64,000 bases of DNA from Bythopirellula sp. Lineage in GTDB: Bacteria > Planctomycetota > Planctomycetia > Pirellulales > Lacipirellulaceae. The notes under the pieces were generated by a model that had not been told where the DNA came from, searched no databases, and was given only the letters and a program-made list of their open reading frames with translations. The stretch's first letter is position 1. Each line of letters opens with the position of its first letter. The position numbers and the translations under genes are program-made. The stretch covers positions 3,808,001 to 3,872,000 of the forward strand of contig OZ244170.1 of the NCBI GenBank assembly GCA_965216565.1, given 5' to 3'. Below are positions 57,691-64,000 of this stretch, one piece after another.

Positions 57691-58860
57691 ATGAGCGAGG
57701 CTATCTATCTCGATCACAATGCTACCACTCCGGTGCTGCCAGAAGTGGCCGAGGCCGTGCGCGAAGCCTCCCTCCAGTACATTGCCAATCCCGATAGCCA
57801 GCACGAACCAGGCCGACAAGCACGGCGGGCCTTAGAAACGGTCCGGGAGAAGATTGGCAACCTGCTGGGCGCCCAGATGGCAGGCATGGAAGCCGATCGT
57901 GTGGTTTTCACTAGCGGGGGGACGGAGGCTAACAATCTGGCAGTGTTGGGAATTGGGGCTTTGGCAGGTGAAAACCAAGGCCATCTGGTCACTTCCGCGA
58001 TCGAGCATCCCTGCGTGAACGAGGCGATCGACCAACTTCAATTGGCGGGATGGAGGGAGGATCGCGCCCTGCCCACCGTCGATGGAGTCGTACCCGTTTC
58101 AGCGATTGAATCGCTGCTGCGTCCCAATACGAAGTTAGTCGCGCTGATGTTGGCCAACAACGAGACCGGTGCCATTCAACCGGTAGCCAAGATCGCCGCA
58201 ATCTGCAGGGAACGTGGGATCCTGGTCCACACCGATGCCGCTCAAGCGGTGGGCAAAATCCCCGTCGATTTCACGGGCCTTGGAGTTCACTCGCTAAGCA
58301 TGGCAGCGCACAAGTTTGGTGGGCCACTGGGCATAGGTGTTTTGGTGCTCAAACATGGACTCGAGCCTCGGCCGCAACTCTTGGGGGGGCATCAGCAATC
58401 GGGCCTGCGGCCGGGAACTCAAACGGTTGCATTGGCGATCGGAATGCAGAAGGCGCTCGAGATTAGTCTGGCAAGAGGTAGCGAGTGTTCCGGTCGTATT
58501 GGCCAATTGCGGGACCACTTTGAGCGGGCAATCACCACCTCGCTTCCATCGGTAACGGTCCTCGCTGTCAGTGGACCTCGACTGCCGAATACTTCGAACC
58601 TGGCGTTTGTTGGACTCGATCGGCAAGCTTTGGTCATGGCTTTGGATCTCGCCGGGGTGGCCTGTTCCGCTGGTTCCGCATGTGCCAGTGGATCGAGCGA
58701 ACCCTCGCCCACGCTGGTTGCCATGGGGCTAGAAAAGCGCGTGATTGACGCCTCAATCCGGTTTAGTTTGGCAGCTTCCACGACCCCCGCGGAAATCGAC
58801 GAAGCGGCCCGCCGTATCATCAACGTATGTAGGCAGTTAGAACTTGCCGGAAACCCTTAA
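57691..58860 (+). CDS. iscS: Cysteine desulfurase (IscS/NifS group I)
   Basis: IYLDHNATTP, FTSGGTEANN, IEHP, HTDAAQAVGK, AHKFGGP, CSAGSACASG. Confidence 0.92.
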   Translation: MSEAIYLDHNATTPVLPEVAEAVREASLQYIANPDSQHEPGRQARRALETVREKIGNLLGAQMAGMEADRVVFTSGGTEANNLAVLGIGALAGENQGHLVTSAIEHPCVNEAIDQLQLAGWREDRALPTVDGVVPVSAIESLLRPNTKLVALMLANNETGAIQPVAKIAAICRERGILVHTDAAQAVGKIPVDFTGLGVHSLSMAAHKFGGPLGIGVLVLKHGLEPRPQLLGGHQQSGLRPGTQTVALAIGMQKALEISLARGSECSGRIGQLRDHFERAITTSLPSVTVLAVSGPRLPNTSNLAFVGLDRQALVMALDLAGVACSAGSACASGSSEPSPTLVAMGLEKRVIDASIRFSLAASTTPAEIDEAARRIINVCRQLELAGNP

Positions 58861-59071
58861 AAAAAGCCTCTAGCACCTCCCTGACAGACCTCAAATCGGA
58901 TAGACTGAGGGTTGGATTTTTGGGGCGAATTGAACGTGGTTTCTGAGCGTTTTTGATAGCGTGCTTTTCAGCATCCCCGAACTATGCTGAGCATTGGCAA
59001 AAGAGACCTATATTGGCGACCGTTGTGTACCGTGCGTGTGCGCAGGATTGCCTTCCATTAGCAATCATTAA

Positions 59072-60118
59072 TTGGACGGACCCATCGTGCTCGACGGGGT
59101 AACTGTAATCGATTTGCCACGCTGCCGAGTAGAATCGGGAGAGCACCCGGCAGCCGTTGTGCCTTCCTTCGTGGCTGGCCCCGAAAACCGTTTGGCCGTA
59201 GTCGCTCTGAAGCAACTGCTAGCTGCGGAAGAACTGTCCAACGGATCGGGTTGGTTCCACCCACTCGTGCTCACAGGGCCTTCGGGGTCTGGAAAAACTC
59301 AATTGGCTAAGGCGATCACCCGTCATTGGTCCGCGCAACTCGGCGAGACCGACGTGGCATATTTCACAGCCATTGATTTTGCCCGCCAGCTTCACTCGGC
59401 ACGGAGCGAAGGCCAAATCGAGTTGTTCCGGCAATACGTGGCAGCGCTAAAACTGCTTGTAATAGAGGACTTTCAGCATCTGCCGCAGCGCTCGTTCTTG
59501 CAACGAGAGTTTCGCGATACGCTCGACTTACTCCGCGAAGTAGGTAGCGTTGTTGTTATCACGGCCAGTGAAATCTGTTGCGAAGACTCCGGGTTGCGCG
59601 ATCGTTTGCAGAGTGGTTTGACGGTTCGGCTTTCGCTTCCTGGGCTGGAAGCTCGCCGAGAAATTTTGTCTCAAGCTGCACACATCCGCGACATGCGGCT
59701 TACGTCGGACCAATTGGTCGAGCTATCGCACCGCGTCGACGGACCTGCTCCAAGACTCTGCCAAGCCCTGGCCGAGTTGGAAATGCAGCAGCAACTCGGC
59801 ACGTCCGTCACTGCTGCTTGCCATCCCCAACTTAAGATCAAACAAATTGTTGCTGTTGTAGCGCGCTACTTTAAGCTGACGCAAGCTGCGTTACAAAGCT
59901 CTGCCCGGCGTAAGTCGCTAGTGCATGCCCGCGGCATGATCGTTTACTTGGCTCGCATGCTTACCAACTTGAGCTATGCCGAGATAGGACGTGGCTTAGG
60001 CGGACGCGATCATTCCACCGTCATGCATGCCCACCGTTGCACGCTCAAGCTTGCCGCCACCGATTCCACTACCCAGCGCGATCTGGAAGAATTGAGACGA
60101 ATTTTAACCGCCCACTGA
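59072..60118 (+). CDS. dnaA: Short DnaA-family initiator (AAA+ and domain IV; domains I/II absent)
   Basis: SFVAGPENRLA, GPSGSGKT, LLVIEDFQ, LRDRLQSGL, IGRGLGGRDHSTVMHA; upstream of dnaN. Confidence 0.85.
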   Translation: MDGPIVLDGVTVIDLPRCRVESGEHPAAVVPSFVAGPENRLAVVALKQLLAAEELSNGSGWFHPLVLTGPSGSGKTQLAKAITRHWSAQLGETDVAYFTAIDFARQLHSARSEGQIELFRQYVAALKLLVIEDFQHLPQRSFLQREFRDTLDLLREVGSVVVITASEICCEDSGLRDRLQSGLTVRLSLPGLEARREILSQAAHIRDMRLTSDQLVELSHRVDGPAPRLCQALAELEMQQQLGTSVTAACHPQLKIKQIVAVVARYFKLTQAALQSSARRKSLVHARGMIVYLARMLTNLSYAEIGRGLGGRDHSTVMHAHRCTLKLAATDSTTQRDLEELRRILTAH

Positions 60119-60430
60119 ATAACGATGTTCAACAAAAAGCCCGGACAACTCTCACATTACTGTGTGGATAAACTGTTGGCAGCATGTTGATGCCTTTGCC
60201 CCCTGAAGATGTGTTTTTGTAGTTCACCTTGAGTGCAGCCTCTCGGGTTGATTCATCGACAACGCCTCGACGGATAACAAACACGCTATGAACCGGTTTT
60301 CCACAGCGAACGCGATTCATAATGTCCTGCAAAATACTGGGCCATTTGCACATTGCTGGTGACATTTCGACATTTCACCCCAACCCATTACTACTACAAC
60401 TATTTAAATATCTATTAAGAGTACAAAGAC
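60119..60430. other. oriC: Chromosomal replication origin (oriC)
   Basis: dnaA-dnaN intergenic; TGTGGATAA 60163-71, TTTTCCACA 60297-305, degenerate boxes at 60253 and 60364; trio-like ATTACTACTACAACTA then AT-rich TTTAAATATCTATTAA. Confidence 0.8.
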
Positions 60431-60512
60431 TTAAGCCAACAGGAGGTGAACCTTGGCAACGACTTTGGAAGAACGAACAGATACCTCGGCAGCCGGTAAA
60501 GGAAAGCAAGCT

Positions 60513-61631
60513 ATGAAAATCTCGTGCGATCGCGAACAACTGTTGCAAGCCTTTCAAACGGTTGCCACGGTTGCCCCGGCACGTAGCCCCAAGCCGATCC
60601 TGCAAAACGTCAAGCTGGAAGTCACCGGCGACTCGGCAACTCTATTGGCGACCGATCTCGAGATTGGTATTCGTCATCAGGTTACAGGTGTCGATATTCA
60701 AACTCCCGGTGTCGTCGTGCTCAACGTCACGAAGTTTGGCTCGATCTTGCGGGAAAGCACCGACGAAACCATACACATCGAGGCCGATGCTCAAGGTGCC
60801 GTCATTCGGGGCGAGCGGAGTCAGTTCCGTCTTTCTGCTGAAAATCCGGCTGACTTTCCGCAAGTCACAGGCTTCGAGGAAACTGGCTTTTACGAGATTC
60901 CCGCCCGATTGCTTCGCGAATTGATCCACCGCACCGAGTTTGCCACGGACAATGAGAGTAGCCGATACGCCCTGGGCGGGGTCAAGCTGGAGTTTGAAGA
61001 GAACCAAGTCACCGCAATTGGTACCGATGGTCGACGCCTGGCGAAGATGACTGGGCCAATTGTGGCTTCGGGAAGCCCCGAAGATCAATCCCAGGTAACG
61101 ATCGTACCAACACGTGCGATGCAACTGATTCATCGAGCCATTGCTCCTAACGATGCCGAAGTGCAAATCGCACTGAAAGGCAACGAGATATTGGTACATA
61201 CGGCCAAGGCAACCATCTCGTCCCGGCTGTTAGAAGGTCGTTTTCCCGACTGGAGAAAAGTCTTCCCCGAAACGGGCCAAGGCGGCGTGCAATTGGAATT
61301 GGCTGTGAATGCGACAACCGCCGCAGTAAAGCAGGCAGCGATCGTTACCAGCGACGAAAGTCGTGGTGTCGACTTCACCTTTGGCGATGGCATGTTGGTA
61401 CTTTCGGGGCGTGCTGCCGAAGTGGGTCAGTCACGGGTCGAACTGCCGATTAGCTATGACGGTGAAGAGATGGGAATCACGCTCGATCCAAAGTTCGTGA
61501 TCGATTTTCTCAAGGTGCTCGATGCCAGTAAGACCTTTAAGTTTGAAGCCCAAAACGGAGAGAGTGCCGCAGTTTGCAGCACAGATGATGGTTATGGCTA
61601 TGTGATCATGCCCCTGGCACGAGATCGATGA
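60513..61631 (+). CDS. dnaN: DNA polymerase III beta clamp
   Basis: MKISCDREQLL..PILQNV, ATDLEIG, SRYALGGV, GTDGRRLA, SRLLEGRFPDW, YVIMPL. Confidence 0.97.
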   Translation: MKISCDREQLLQAFQTVATVAPARSPKPILQNVKLEVTGDSATLLATDLEIGIRHQVTGVDIQTPGVVVLNVTKFGSILRESTDETIHIEADAQGAVIRGERSQFRLSAENPADFPQVTGFEETGFYEIPARLLRELIHRTEFATDNESSRYALGGVKLEFEENQVTAIGTDGRRLAKMTGPIVASGSPEDQSQVTIVPTRAMQLIHRAIAPNDAEVQIALKGNEILVHTAKATISSRLLEGRFPDWRKVFPETGQGGVQLELAVNATTAAVKQAAIVTSDESRGVDFTFGDGMLVLSGRAAEVGQSRVELPISYDGEEMGITLDPKFVIDFLKVLDASKTFKFEAQNGESAAVCSTDDGYGYVIMPLARDR

Positions 61632-62038
61632 CCCACGACCGAGGGCGAGCATTGGACGAAGCTCTAGCTGCTGAAAAGCTGGCCGAGCTCGAACGTCGTC
61701 GTGGTAAACAGCAACGGGGGTTTTACGGCCGTCAGCCCAAACGGGTGAGCAATGTAATTGCTCAGCTGGTGCAGCGTCGGGGTTATGCCCAGGTCCGAGC
61801 TGCGAGTAACCGAGAGGATGCCTGGCGACAGGTCTTGGCGGCCGAACAATGCGAAGCATGGGCTGAATCGACCCGCGTTGGACCTCTCAAACGGGGAGTG
61901 TTGGAGATCCAAGTATCGAGTTCGCTATTGATTCAGGAACTTACGTTTCTCAAAGAGAAATTGCTCAAACAACTGATAGAAGCCTTGCCGGACGACGGCA
62001 TTAAGCAAATTAAATTTCGCGTCGGAAAAATCGATTAG
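61628..62038 (+). CDS. dciA: DUF721/DciA-family helicase-loading protein
   Basis: AWRQVL..STRV..LKRGVLEIQVSSS..QELTFLKEKLL..IKFRVG; located between dnaN and gyrB. Confidence 0.8.
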   Translation: MTHDRGRALDEALAAEKLAELERRRGKQQRGFYGRQPKRVSNVIAQLVQRRGYAQVRAASNREDAWRQVLAAEQCEAWAESTRVGPLKRGVLEIQVSSSLLIQELTFLKEKLLKQLIEALPDDGIKQIKFRVGKID

Positions 62039-62080
62039 CAGAGCGTTGCCTGTGAGCAACGGCCGACGCGAATAATCTAA

Positions 62081-64000
<1,920 letters not shown>

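Overview
The window looks like the replication-origin region of a planctomycete chromosome; this is inferred from the PEP-CTERM/dockerin-like proteins and gene content, and Pirellulales/Lacipirellulaceae is the likely group. The left third holds a partial gdhA, five tandem large minus-strand PEP-CTERM surface proteins, two more PEP-CTERM genes, a secreted transglutaminase-like protein and an unusually long sigma-70-family factor. The middle holds glgC, a GT4 glycosyltransferase, an esterase, a ParDE-like toxin-antitoxin pair with a frameshifted toxin, kdsD-kdsC followed by a 1003-aa LptC/LptA-like protein, a YXWGXW-repeat protein with a sigma-54 promoter, a Uma2 pseudogene and carB. The right part holds an XRE/IrrE-like regulator lacking HExxH, an argH-HEAT/receiver-sigma54 activator-ccsA-hemA run, scpB with a poly-acidic protein, iscS, a short DnaA, oriC (DnaA boxes plus trios), dnaN, dciA and partial gyrB. 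Several REP/MITE-like repeat families occur. The most striking unexplained element is a ~145-nt, apparently stand-alone structured RNA at 27210-27353 with a three-way junction and two potential pseudoknots. All calls were made by eye from sequence and motifs; no database searches were run.
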